A stretch of 32,000 nt of DNA, from the NCBI GenBank assembly GCA_964451565.1, contig CAYVIS010000001.1, positions 31 through 32,030 of the forward strand. The letters run 5' to 3'. The stretch is from an uncultured Neisseria sp. (GTDB lineage Bacteria > Pseudomonadota > Gammaproteobacteria > Burkholderiales > Neisseriaceae). The notes beneath the pieces were generated by a model. It was not told the DNA's origin and did not search any database. It saw only the letters and a list, made by a program, of their open reading frames with translations. This document shows positions 10,411 through 20,100 of the stretch, in pieces. The position numbers and the translations under genes are program-made. How positions within the stretch are numbered: position 1 is the stretch's first letter; each line of letters opens with the position of its first letter.

Positions 10411-11172
10411 TCAGGCATCTTTGCCCAGCACTTTTAAAATAAATGCCAAATCGCCCAGCGCAATCTGCCCCGGTGCCGATGCTTTTTGTGCCGCACCAAA
10501 CGTCATTGCCGAACCGAATTCTTCGCCGCACAAACGGCTGACGATGCCGCGTTGCCCCATCGCCATCGTTACCAACGGCTGCTGCGCATATTGGCTGCGC
10601 ATGGTTTCGGTGGCATCGAGCAACACCAACACATCCGCACTCGATTGCGGCATCACCGCGATTTTGCAGATATCGGCGCCCCATTCCTGCATGCGGCGCA
10701 GGCGGCTGATGATTTCTGCTTTCGGCGGCGTTTTATCGAAATCGTGGTTGCACAACACCGCCGCGATGCCGTTGGCCTTGGCCGCTGCCACCGCTTTTTT
10801 CACCTCTTCATCGCCCGCAAACAGCTCGATATCGACCAAATCAATATCACCCGCTGCCATCACTGCGTGCAGCAATGCAAAATAGCGTTCAGACGGCATT
10901 GCATGCACGCCGCCCTCGGCTGCGGTACGGAAGGTAAATAAAATCGGCGTTTCACCCAACAACGCGCGCGCTTCTTTGCAGCAGGCCAGCACATAATCCG
11001 TGTTTTCCACTTCCGCCAGAAAATCGGCACGCAGCTCCACCAAATCAAACGGCAAACCTGCCAGCGCTTCGATTTGCGCGCGCAGAGCCGCCAAATTTTC
11101 CGCCACCAGCGGCACGCAGATTTTCGGCCGCCCCGCGCCGAACACCAAATTTTTCACTTTAACCGTATTCAC
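10411..11172 (-). CDS. aroD: 3-dehydroquinate dehydratase, type I
   Basis: 253 aa with type I DHQase length and motifs (ELRxD, AMGxxGxxSR). GTG start at 11172 preceded by GGAGGAG. Forms an operon with ydiB as in E. coli. Confidence 0.85.
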   Translation of the reverse strand: MNTVKVKNLVFGAGRPKICVPLVAENLAALRAQIEALAGLPFDLVELRADFLAEVENTDYVLACCKEARALLGETPILFTFRTAAEGGVHAMPSERYFALLHAVMAAGDIDLVDIELFAGDEEVKKAVAAAKANGIAAVLCNHDFDKTPPKAEIISRLRRMQEWGADICKIAVMPQSSADVLVLLDATETMRSQYAQQPLVTMAMGQRGIVSRLCGEEFGSAMTFGAAQKASAPGQIALGDLAFILKVLGKDA

Positions 11173-11175
11173 CGT

Positions 11176-12048
11176 TTATGCTCCTCCAAACATCAATTCG
11201 CGCAGATAATCCACCGGCATTTCTTTTCCGGTAAACAATTCAAACGCCTCCGCGCCCTGATACAACATCATGCCCAAGCCGTTGATGGTGCGGCAGCCGT
11301 TTTCGCGGCAAAACTTGAGAAACTTGGTTTCCAGCGGGATATACACCACATCAAACACCACCAAATCCGGCCGCAACAGCGACGCATCCTCAAACGGCGA
11401 CACGTCTTCCAGCGGCTTCATGCCCATGCCGGTTGCGTCCACCAGCATCACGCTGTCGGCCAGCTCGCGGCGCATGGCGGCCAAATCGGCCAAATCGTGC
11501 AGCGTTACCCTGCACTCGGTGCGCGCATTGATTTTCTGCACCGTCGCTTCAGCATTGGCAAAATTGGCGTCTTTAATATTGAAAATGGCAATCTCCGCCA
11601 CCCCGTCCAGCGCCGCCTGCACCGCAATCGCCGTACCCGCGCCTCCTGCGCCGATTAAAGTGATTTTCTTGCCGATGATGTCGATGCCCTCCGCCGCCAC
11701 CGCACGCATAAAGCCGGTGCCGTCGGTGATGGTGCCAAAGAGCTTGCCGTTGCGGTTGACAATCGTGTTGCACGCGCCGGTCAGCTGCGTGGCTTCCGAC
11801 AATTCGTCCAAATATTCGCACACCTTGATTTTGTTCGGCATCGACACATTGGAGCCGAGCATCTTCAAATCACGAATCGCATTCACCGCGCCTTGCAGAT
11901 TGCTGTTATCGACTTCAAACGCCAGATAAGCCAAATCCAGCCCCAGCTTGGCAAAGGCTTCGTTGTGCATCGTCGGCGACAGGGAATGACGGATGGGATA
12001 AGCCATCAAACCGATTAGCTCGGTGTGGCCGGAAAGGCGCTCGGGCAT
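11176..12048 (-). CDS. ydiB: Quinate/shikimate dehydrogenase (YdiB type)
   Basis: Near-colinear with E. coli YdiB by eye (ELIGLMAYPIRHSLSP, NVSMPNK, GAGGAGTAI, GLGMMLYQGAEAF). Start taken as ATG 12048; TTG 12066 is possible. Confidence 0.8.
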   Translation of the reverse strand: MPERLSGHTELIGLMAYPIRHSLSPTMHNEAFAKLGLDLAYLAFEVDNSNLQGAVNAIRDLKMLGSNVSMPNKIKVCEYLDELSEATQLTGACNTIVNRNGKLFGTITDGTGFMRAVAAEGIDIIGKKITLIGAGGAGTAIAVQAALDGVAEIAIFNIKDANFANAEATVQKINARTECRVTLHDLADLAAMRRELADSVMLVDATGMGMKPLEDVSPFEDASLLRPDLVVFDVVYIPLETKFLKFCRENGCRTINGLGMMLYQGAEAFELFTGKEMPVDYLRELMFGGA

Positions 12049-12189
12049 GGGTGTTCTCTGCAACAAATTTCGTTATCATATCGGCTTTGCGCCCGATTGG
12101 GAATGGCCGTCTGAAAGGGTGATGCGATAAATGCAGCAACCGCCGCAAACTCAGGTGGCTGAGCCTGTCGAAGCCATCATTTATATGAT

Positions 12190-12330
12190 GAGGCTTTTGT
12201 AAAAAAGATATCCATTGCGTCTGCGCAGGCAGGAGCCCAGTCTGAAGCGCAGCTTCAGTTGTCAGCCAAGCAGCAGCAATTAAATGAAAATCTGCAATTG
12301 TTTAATTTTAGAAAATGTTTATTCTCAACC
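12190..12330. repeat. Partial member of the ~200 bp TIR/palindrome repeat family (NIME-like mosaic)
   Basis: GAGGCTTTTGTAAAAAA...GCGTCTGCGCAGGCAGGAGCCCAGTCTGAAGCGCAGCTTCAG. The same modules occur at 16854-17075. Confidence 0.6.
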
Positions 12331-12340
12331 GGCTGATTTG

Positions 12341-12370
12341 AAAAAAGCCGTCTGAACCTTTCAGACGGCC
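12341..12370 (-). terminator. sugE terminator (DUS pair + T6)
   Basis: GCCGTCTGAA/TTCAGACGGC stem with a 3-nt loop, followed on the minus strand by TTTTTT (12341-12346). Confidence 0.7.
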
Positions 12371-12379
12371 TCACCTCCC

Positions 12380-12703
12380 TCAATGCCCCGACGACAGCTT
12401 CATCACAATCACGCCCGAGATAATCAAAAACGCCCCCAGCCAGCGCCCGAACGAGGCCGGATCGTGGAAGAACAACACCCCCACCAGAAACGTCCCCGCC
12501 GCGCCGATGCCCGTCCACACCGCATAAGCCGTGCCCATCGGAATGCTTTTCTGCGCCAAAAACAGCAAAAAGCCGCTCGCCGCCATAAACGCCACCGCCA
12601 TCAAAATGCCCTGCCAGCGGAACTGCTGCTGTTGCGCCAGCTTCATGCCCAGCGGCCAGCCGATTTCGAGCAGTCCCGCGCCGATGAGGTAAATCCATGC
12701 CAT
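12380..12703 (-). CDS. sugE: SMR-family small multidrug/guanidinium exporter (SugE/Gdx)
   Basis: 107 aa with four TM segments and the conserved membrane Glu in AGLLEIGWPLGMK. AGGAGG RBS. Confidence 0.85.
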   Translation of the reverse strand: MAWIYLIGAGLLEIGWPLGMKLAQQQQFRWQGILMAVAFMAASGFLLFLAQKSIPMGTAYAVWTGIGAAGTFLVGVLFFHDPASFGRWLGAFLIISGVIVMKLSSGH

Positions 12704-12737
12704 GCGTCATCCTCCTGAATGTTGATTAAGCATAAAT

Positions 12738-12896
12738 TATAGTGGATTAAATTTGAATCAAGACAAGATTGGGCAGATTTACTTGTTGGTGCTTCAGTAC
12801 CTTAGTAAATCGTTCTCTTTGAGTGGGGTGGCAGAAAGTACATCCAGTATGACAAGGCGAGCCAACACTGCACTGGTTCCAATTTAATTCACTATA
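12738..12896. repeat. Full-length Correia-like element (159 bp)
   Basis: TATAGTGGATTAAATTTGAATCAAGACAAG ... GGTTCCAATTTAATTCACTATA. The size class and TIRs are those of Correia repeat enclosed elements. Confidence 0.8.
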
Positions 12897-12897
12897 T

Positions 12898-13095
12898 GAG
12901 GCCTTTGCAAAATTACGATGTGAATCATCGCCAAATCACTCAATTCCGTCATTCCGGCGCAGGCCGGAATCCATTTTCCGCTTGAAACTGCTTTAAAATC
13001 AAAAAGCTGAATTTCGGCAGTGGATTCCGGCCTGCGCCGGAATGACGGAGCTCGGTAGTTTTACAATGATGCAATCGCAATTTTGCAAAGGCCTC
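12898..13095. repeat. 198-bp inverted-repeat element with two dRS3-like palindromes
   Basis: TIRs GAGGCCTTTGCAAAAT / ATTTTGCAAAGGCCTC. Internal palindromes ATTCCGGCGCAGGCCGGAAT (12951-12970) and ATTCCGGCCTGCGCCGGAAT (13024-13043), each flanked by CGTC / GACG. Confidence 0.75.
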
Positions 13096-13227
13096 AATCG
13101 GTTTGCCTGAATCGTGCTATTTGCCCATATTTCCTATACAAAATTGCAAAAGCCCGGCCCATAATCATTTGGCCGTCTGCAAGCGTTCAGACGGCCAAAT
13201 CATGTTTCAAATCAAATCAATGCAAAC

Positions 13228-13581
13228 CTATTCGAGCCCTTCTTCCAGCATATTCAGTTTCCAATGAATCAGCTGTTCAATCAAGCCCAGCAGCGCCATC
13301 CGTTCTTTGGCTTCCAATTTATTCAGCATCGCCATCAGCCGCCGTTCGTGATCTTGGATGCGGTGGCTGCCTGCGTTGAGCAAATCTGCCGCATCGCATT
13401 CGAAAATTTCGGCCAGCTCAAACAAACGCGCTACGGTCAGGGAAATATGCCCCCGCTCCAAACGCGAGATTGCGTCGTTACTCAATTCCAGCTTTTCTGC
13501 CAACTCTGCCTGCGTGATGCCCGCTGCTTTGCGGTGTTTGGCAATCATCGCGCCTATTTTGTGTATTGTTTGGTTTTTCAC
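13228..13581 (-). CDS. XRE-family helix-turn-helix transcriptional regulator
   Basis: 117 aa with the HTH motif GITQAELAEKLELSNDAISRLERG. Confidence 0.8.
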   Translation of the reverse strand: MKNQTIHKIGAMIAKHRKAAGITQAELAEKLELSNDAISRLERGHISLTVARLFELAEIFECDAADLLNAGSHRIQDHERRLMAMLNKLEAKERMALLGLIEQLIHWKLNMLEEGLE

Positions 13582-13645
13582 AGTGGTATTGCCCTATAAA
13601 GAACAGTCACTATCAGACATTCAAACCGTAAAAAAAAGAATGTTT

Positions 13646-13679
13646 AATTCTTATAACTAAGAATTATAGGTATAATCAA
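13646..13679 (-). promoter_or_regulatory. Candidate autoregulated promoter/operator of the XRE gene
   Basis: Perfect palindrome AATTCTTA-TAAC-TAAGAATT (13646-13665) overlaps a minus-strand TTGATT(13679-13674)-18 nt-TATAAG(13655-13650) promoter. A plus-strand TATAAT at 13671-13676 faces maeA. Confidence 0.35.
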
Positions 13680-13872
13680 CGCAGTTGTAAGACAAAACCG
13701 ACGAGCGGTAATTGAAGCCGACAGAAAACCGCTCCGGCTTGCATTGTGTTTAGCAACTATTTTTCAGAGTTTCTCGATTATTCAGAGGTAAGCAGGCTGT
13801 TTGCTGCCAAACAAATGCCCGCACAATCTTATGGATAATTTTCTTTGTTCCTTTCATTTTGAAGGAGTCATC

Positions 13873-15513
13873 ATGTCGCAAAAACCCGCCATTCTCACCA
13901 ACCCGCTCACCAACCGCGATACCGCATTCACCCATGAAGAACGTGCCAAACTCGGTCTTGTCGGCCGCCTGCCCGCCGCGGTGGAAACACTCGACCAGCA
14001 AGCCGCGCGTGCCTATAAGCAGGTGAGCAGCTACAAAACCGATTTGGAAAAATACATCTATCTCGACCAGCTGCACGCCCGCAACGAAATTTTGTATTTC
14101 CGCGTCATCAGCGATCATCTGGCCGAAATGCTGCCGATTGTGTACGACCCGACCATCGGCGAAGCGATTAAAAAATGGAGCGGCGATTACCGCCAATCGC
14201 GTGCGGTTTATCTTTCCATCGACCGCCCCGAAGACGTGCGCGCCTCGTTTGAAACGCTGGGCTACGGCCCTGACGACATTGATTTGCTGGTGGTATCCGA
14301 TGCGCAGGAAATCCTCGGCATCGGCGATTGGGGTGTGAACGGCACCGATATTTCCGTGGGCAAACTGGCGATTTACACCGCCGCCGCAGGCATAGACCCC
14401 GCACGCGTGATTGCGGTCAACCTCGATGTCGGCACCGACAACGAAGCCCTGCTCAACGACCCCGCCTATCTGGGCAACCGCCACGCCCGCATCAGCGGTC
14501 AGGCTTATGATGATTTTATCGAGCTTTACCTCAAAACCGCCAGCGAGCTGTACCCCAACGCATTACTCCACTTTGAAGATTTCGGCCCCGGCAACGCCCG
14601 CCGCATTTTGGTCAACCATGCCGATAACTACCGCATTTTCAACGATGATATGCAGGGCACAGGCGCGATTGTGATGTCTGCCGTGTTCTCCGGCTTGAAA
14701 GTCACCAAACAAAATTTCGCCGAACAGCGCTTGCTCGTTTACGGCGCAGGCACAGCAGGCACAGGCATGGCAGACCAAATCCACGCCGCCATGATGCGCG
14801 ACGGCTTGAGCGCCGAAGAAGCCAAAGCCCGCGTGTGGCTGGTGGACATTAACGGTCTTGTCACCGACGACATGGCCGACGCACCCGATTACCAACAAGC
14901 CTACGCCCGCCCCGCCGCCGAAGTGGCCGATTGGGCACGCAGCAACGGCAAAATCAACCTGCTCACCGTGGTGCAGCAAATCAAACCGACCATCCTCATC
15001 GGCACGTCAACCGACCACGGCGCGTTTACCCAAGAAGTAATTGAAGCCATGAGCGCAGGCGTGGAACGCCCGATTATCCTGCCGCTCTCCAATCCGACCG
15101 AACGCATCGAAGCCATGCCCGCAGATATCATTCCGTGGAGCAAAGGCAAAGCCCTGATTGCCACCGGCATTCCGCTGGAGCCCGTGCCTTATGAAGGCGT
15201 GGATTACCACATCGGCCAAGGCAACAATGCGCTGCTGTATCCCGGTTTGGGGCTGGGCGTGATTGTATCGGGCGCAAAACACGTTACCGACGGCATGCTT
15301 TTGGCCGCCGCCCAAGCCGTGGCTGGTCAAGTAGACGTGTCTTCACTTGGTGCGGCGTTGCTGCCGCCGGTCGACAACCTGCGTGCCAGCTCCGCCACCG
15401 TAGCACTGGCCGTAGCCAAACAGGCACAAGCCGACGGCGTGGCCACCAAACAGCATGAAAATCTGGTGCAAGCGGTGCAAGATGCGATGTGGCAGCCGGT
15501 TTACCGTGATTAA
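13873..15513 (+). CDS. maeA: NAD-dependent malic enzyme
   Basis: 546 aa from ATG 13873, with a GAAGGAG RBS at 13861-13867. Malic enzyme motifs FNDDMQGTG and GAGTAGTGMA. The earlier track start at 13801 has no RBS. Confidence 0.9.
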   Translation: MSQKPAILTNPLTNRDTAFTHEERAKLGLVGRLPAAVETLDQQAARAYKQVSSYKTDLEKYIYLDQLHARNEILYFRVISDHLAEMLPIVYDPTIGEAIKKWSGDYRQSRAVYLSIDRPEDVRASFETLGYGPDDIDLLVVSDAQEILGIGDWGVNGTDISVGKLAIYTAAAGIDPARVIAVNLDVGTDNEALLNDPAYLGNRHARISGQAYDDFIELYLKTASELYPNALLHFEDFGPGNARRILVNHADNYRIFNDDMQGTGAIVMSAVFSGLKVTKQNFAEQRLLVYGAGTAGTGMADQIHAAMMRDGLSAEEAKARVWLVDINGLVTDDMADAPDYQQAYARPAAEVADWARSNGKINLLTVVQQIKPTILIGTSTDHGAFTQEVIEAMSAGVERPIILPLSNPTERIEAMPADIIPWSKGKALIATGIPLEPVPYEGVDYHIGQGNNALLYPGLGLGVIVSGAKHVTDGMLLAAAQAVAGQVDVSSLGAALLPPVDNLRASSATVALAVAKQAQADGVATKQHENLVQAVQDAMWQPVYRD

Positions 15514-15545
15514 AACGCGGCAAACCGCGTAAACACACAAAGGCC

Positions 15546-15745
15546 GAAGCTTTTGCAAAAATGATACCCGTCGCTCCTGCGCACGCAGGAGCCCAGGGCA
15601 AAGCTGTGCTTTGCTTGTGCTTGGATTTCAGAAAACAATTGATTAAACATAAAAATGTTTCTGTTTTATTTGAATGCTGAAGCCATGCTTCCGTCTGGGC
15701 TCCTGCCTGCGCAGGCGCGACTAAAAAGTATTTTGCAAAAGCCTC
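15546..15745. repeat. 200-bp TIR/palindrome element (complete)
   Basis: GAAGCTTTTGCAAAAATGATACCCGTCGCTCCTGCGCACGCAGGAGCCCA ... TGGGCTCCTGCCTGCGCAGGCGCGACTAAAAAGTATTTTGCAAAAGCCTC, with an AT-rich centre. Confidence 0.75.
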
Positions 15746-15866
15746 AGGCCGTCTGAAACGCTTTCAGACAGGCTCACTATGAAACAACAAGTGACCCTGC
15801 CAAACCGTTCAGACGGCCTCTGTTTCTCTGCATATTCAAGCACTTCACCGCTCAAGGAGCCACACC

Positions 15867-16823
15867 ATGATTTTCCTCACCGCAGTTGAAAGCGTGTTCT
15901 CCATCGTGCTGATTATCGCGCTGGGTTTCTATCTTCGTGATAAAGGCTGGTTTGCCGACAGCTTCGCCGGCAATATTTCCAAACTCATCATGAACATCGC
16001 CTTGCCCGCGTCGATTTTCGTGTCCGTGCTCACTTATCTCACCCGCGACAAGCTGATGTCGCTTTCAGACGGCCTGATTTACGGCGCGCTTTCTATGGCA
16101 CTCGGCTATCTGGCCGCTTGGCTGATGGTGAAAATATTGAAAGTGCGGCGCGGCAGGCGCGGTGTGTTCATCAACACCATCGTCAACGCCAACACCATCT
16201 TCATCGGCCTGCCGCTCAACGTGGCGCTGTTTGGCGATGCCAGCATGCCGTATTTTCTGGTGTATTACGTGCTCAACACCGTATCCACCTGGGCATTCGG
16301 CGCCTTCCTGATTGCCAACGACAGCACCGATCCGCAGCCGCACGCGCATCAGAAATTCAATTGGAAAAAGCTGCTGCCCGCTCCGCTAATCGGCTTTTTG
16401 GTGGCCTTGGCGTTTCTGCTGGCCGATATTCCCGTGCCCTCGTTTATCCACTCCACGCTCAACTATGTGGGCAGCATCGTTACGCCCTTATCCTTGCTCT
16501 ATATCGGCATCATGCTGGCCGACGCCGGTCTGAAAAGCATCCGTTTCGACAAAGACACCATCGCCGCGCTGCTGGGCAAATTCGTGTTGGCGCCGCTGAT
16601 TATGGCCGCCCTGATTGTCGCCGGACACAATCTGCTGCCGCTCGCCCCCGCAGAATCGAAAACGCTGATTATCCAATCGTCGGTTTCCGCGCTGGCGGTG
16701 TTGCCGATTCTGGCCAACGAAGCCAAAGGCGACGTGCGGTTTGCCACCAATGTGGTGACCACCAGCACCATTCTGTTTATGCTGGTTGTGCCCTTGGTGG
16801 ATGTGTTGCTGCAAATGTTTTGA
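15867..16823 (+). CDS. AEC (auxin efflux carrier) family permease, possibly malate permease
   Basis: 318 aa, roughly 10 hydrophobic segments, typical AEC N-terminus. The substrate is inferred only from adjacency to maeA. Confidence 0.75.
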   Translation: MIFLTAVESVFSIVLIIALGFYLRDKGWFADSFAGNISKLIMNIALPASIFVSVLTYLTRDKLMSLSDGLIYGALSMALGYLAAWLMVKILKVRRGRRGVFINTIVNANTIFIGLPLNVALFGDASMPYFLVYYVLNTVSTWAFGAFLIANDSTDPQPHAHQKFNWKKLLPAPLIGFLVALAFLLADIPVPSFIHSTLNYVGSIVTPLSLLYIGIMLADAGLKSIRFDKDTIAALLGKFVLAPLIMAALIVAGHNLLPLAPAESKTLIIQSSVSALAVLPILANEAKGDVRFATNVVTTSTILFMLVVPLVDVLLQMF

Positions 16824-16853
16824 CTCTGGTGGCATTGACGACAAAATTCAGGC

Positions 16854-17075
16854 GAGGCCTTTGCAAAATACTTTTTAGTCGCTCCTGCGCAGGCAGGAGC
16901 CTAGACTGAAGCGCAGCTTCAGCTGTCGGCCAAACAGGAATCATCAAACAAAACAGAAATATTTCTATTTTAATCAACTGCTTTCTGAATCCCAACCACA
17001 AGCAAAGCGCGGCTTTGCTCCAGACTGAAGCGCAGCTTCAGTTGCCAGCAAATCAGCAGCAATCAAATAAATCCC
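16854..17075. repeat. Mosaic member of the TIR/palindrome family (left TIR only, duplicated CTGAAGCGCAGCTTCAG module)
   Basis: GAGGCCTTTGCAAAATACTTTTTAGTCGCTCCTGCGCAGGCAGGAGCC. The module AGACTGAAGCGCAGCTTCAG occurs at about 16903 and about 17021. Confidence 0.65.
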
Positions 17076-17175
17076 CATCAAGAAACCGCCTCCCGATTCT
17101 GTTAAAATAGCCGCTTATTCCAATCATCAGGCCGTCTGAAACCTTTCAGACGGCCTCCACCTGCGCGTGCTTTTT

Positions 17176-20100
17176 ATGACTTACACCCTCCCCGCCCCCG
17201 CCAAAAAATCCGTTTGGCCCGGCCTGTCGCGCGGCAGTCTGCCGCTGTTTCTTGCCGAAAATCTGCCCGAACACACGCTGAAAATCGTGCTTACGCAAGA
17301 TGTGGAACAAGCCTTGCGCCTGCAAACGGCGTGGCAGTTTTTCCGTCCGCAAGACACGGCGGTGTTTTTGCCGGATTGGGAAACGCTGCCGTATGAGCGT
17401 TTTTCGCCGCATCAGGATTTGGTGTCGGAGCGGCTGTCCGCTTTGTGGCAGCTCAAAAGCGGTCAGGCCGATGTGTTGTTTGTGCCGGTGGCGACGGCGA
17501 TGCAGAAGCTCGCGCCGGTGGCGTTTATGGCGGGGCGCACGTTTTGGCTGAAAGCGGGGCAAACGCTGAATATCGATGCGCTGCGTGAAAACTTGGTGGA
17601 GGCGGGTTACAGCAGCGTCACCAATGTGGTGGCCACGGGCGAATTTGCCGTGCGCGGCGGCATTTTGGACATTTTCCCGATGGGCAGCGAAGCGCCTTAT
17701 CGCTTGGATATGTTTGACGACGAAATCGACAGCATCAAAACTTTCGACCCCGACAGCCAGCGCACGCTCGCGCCGGTGAGCGAAATCCGCCTGCTGCCTG
17801 CGCACGAATTTCCCACCGATGCAGATGCGCAAAAAATCTTCCGCGCGCGCTTTCGCGAAGAAATCGAAGCCAACCCCGCCGATGCCGCCGTGTATAAAGC
17901 GGTGAGCAAAGGGCATTTCGGCGCGGGGGTGGAATATTACCTGCCGCTTTTCTTTGAAGAAGAATGCGCCACCTTGTTTGACTATATCGGCGAAAATGCC
18001 GTGGCCGTGTGCATCGGCGATGTGCACGCCGAAGCCGCGCGCTTTTGGGGCGATGTGAAAACCCGCTTTGCCATGGCACAAGGCGATGAAACCTACCCGC
18101 CTTTGCCGCCACAGCATCTGTATCTAAACGACAACGAATTCTCAGGCCGTCTGAAACTTTATCCGCAAGTGTTGCCCGAATTCAGCAGCCCGGCGCACAC
18201 CTTGCCCGATGTGGCGGTAAACCGCCAGGCGGAAATGCCTTTGCAGGCGCTGCAAGATTTTCAGACGGCCTTTAACGGCAGAATATTATTGTGCGCCGAA
18301 AGCCTGGGCCGGCGCGAAACCATGCTCGGCTTTATGCAGCAGCACGGCCTGAAGCCGCAAACCGTGGCCGGCTGGCAGGCATTTTTAAGCAGCGATGCGC
18401 CGCTTTGCCTCACCGTCACCCCGCTGGCTTACGGCTTTCAATTGGCGGATGCCGCGCTTTCCGCCCCCGTTTGCGGGAAAGGGCTTGCGGCAGCCGATAT
18501 GCCAATCAGCAATATCGCCGTGATTACCGAATCCGATCTTTATCAATATGTTGCCCGCAGCCGCAACAAAGCGCGGCGCAAACACAATGCCGTTTCAGAC
18601 GGCCTGTTGCGCGATTTGGCCGAAATCAACATCGGCGACCCGGTGGTGCATGAAGAACACGGCATCGGCCGCTATATGGGCTTGGTGGGCATGGACTTGG
18701 GCGAAGGCATCAACGAAATGATGCTGCTCGAATACGCCGGCGAAGCGCAATTGTATGTGCCGGTATCGCAGCTTCACCTAATCAGCCGCTATTCCGGCCA
18801 GGCGCATGAAAACGTGCATCTGCACAAACTCGGCAGCGGTGCGTGGACGAAAGCCAAGCGCAAAGCCGCCGAAAAAGCGCGCGACACCGCCGCCGAGTTG
18901 CTCAACCTCTACGCCCAACGCGCCGCGCAGGAAGGCTTCAAATTCGCCTTTAACGAGCAGGATTACCAAGCCTTTGCCGACGGCTTCGGCTACGAAGAAA
19001 CCGAAGACCAGGCCGCCGCCATCGGCGCGGTGTTGAAAGACCTCACCCAGGGCAAACCGATGGACCGCCTCGTTTGCGGCGATGTCGGTTTCGGTAAAAC
19101 CGAAGTCGCCCTGCGCGCCGCTTTTGTGGCCGTGATGGGCGGCAAACAAGTGGCCGTGCTCGCCCCCACCACCTTGCTGGTGGAGCAACACGCGCAAAAT
19201 TTCGCCGACCGCTTCGCCGATTTCCCCGTGAAAGTGGCGCAACTGTCGCGCTTCAATTCCGGCAAAGCCACCAAAAGCGCGCTGGAGGGCATGGTCGACG
19301 GCACGGTTGATATTGTTATCGGCACCCACAAACTGGTGCAGCCCGACATCGAATTCAAAAACCTCGGCCTTGTGATTATCGATGAAGAACACCGCTTCGG
19401 CGTGCGCCAAAAAGAGCAGCTCAAACGCCTGCGCGCCAACGTCGACATCCTCACCCTCACCGCCACGCCGATTCCGCGCACCCTCAGCATGGCGCTCGAA
19501 GGGCTGCGCGATTTCTCGCTCATCACTACCGCCCCCAGCCGCCGCCTCGCCGTCAAAACCTTCGTTAAACCCTTCAGCGAAGCCAGCATCCGCGAAGCCA
19601 TGTTGCGCGAACTCAAGCGCGGCGGCCAAGTGTTTTTCCTGCACAACGAAGTCGACACCATCGAAAACATGCACGAACGCCTGGCCGAATTATTGCCCGA
19701 AGCCCGCATCGGCGTCGCCCACGGCCAATTGCGCGAACGCGAGCTCGAGCAAGTGATGCGCGACTTTCTGCAACAGCGTTTCAACGTATTGCTGTGTTCC
19801 ACCATCATCGAAACCGGCATCGACATCCCCAACGCCAACACCATCATCATCAACCGCGCCGACAAATTCGGCCTCGCCCAACTGCACCAACTGCGCGGAC
19901 GCGTCGGCCGCAGCCACCACCAAGCCTACGCCTACCTGCTCACGCCCGAATACATCACCAAAGACGCCGAAAAACGCCTCGACGCCATTGCCGCCGCCGA
20001 CGATTTGGGCGCCGGTTTCACGCTGGCGATGCAAGACCTCGAAATCCGCGGTGCCGGCGAAATCCTCGGCGAAGGCCAAAGCGGCGAAATGATTCAAGTC

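Noticed and set aside
10229-10684. N-terminal extension of the modA ORF (the 402-aa version), the extension of modB to 8548, and the extension of maeA to 13801.
   Set aside because: The extensions run into aroD coding sequence, a Correia-like repeat, and a region without an RBS, respectively. Internal ATGs with signal peptide, TM or RBS context give proteins of normal length.
12704-12737. Guanidine-type riboswitch in the sugE/gdx leader.
   Set aside because: The leader between the Correia-like element and the ATG is only 34 nt and holds just the AGGAGG RBS. There are no paired ACGR-loop hairpins or other riboswitch-like structure.
12190-17075. Repeated palindromes (GCTCCTGCGCAGGCAGGAGC and similar) as a CRISPR array.
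   Set aside because: The copies are kilobases apart in different intergenic regions. They are embedded in larger inverted-repeat elements, and there is no regular repeat-spacer periodicity or cas gene.
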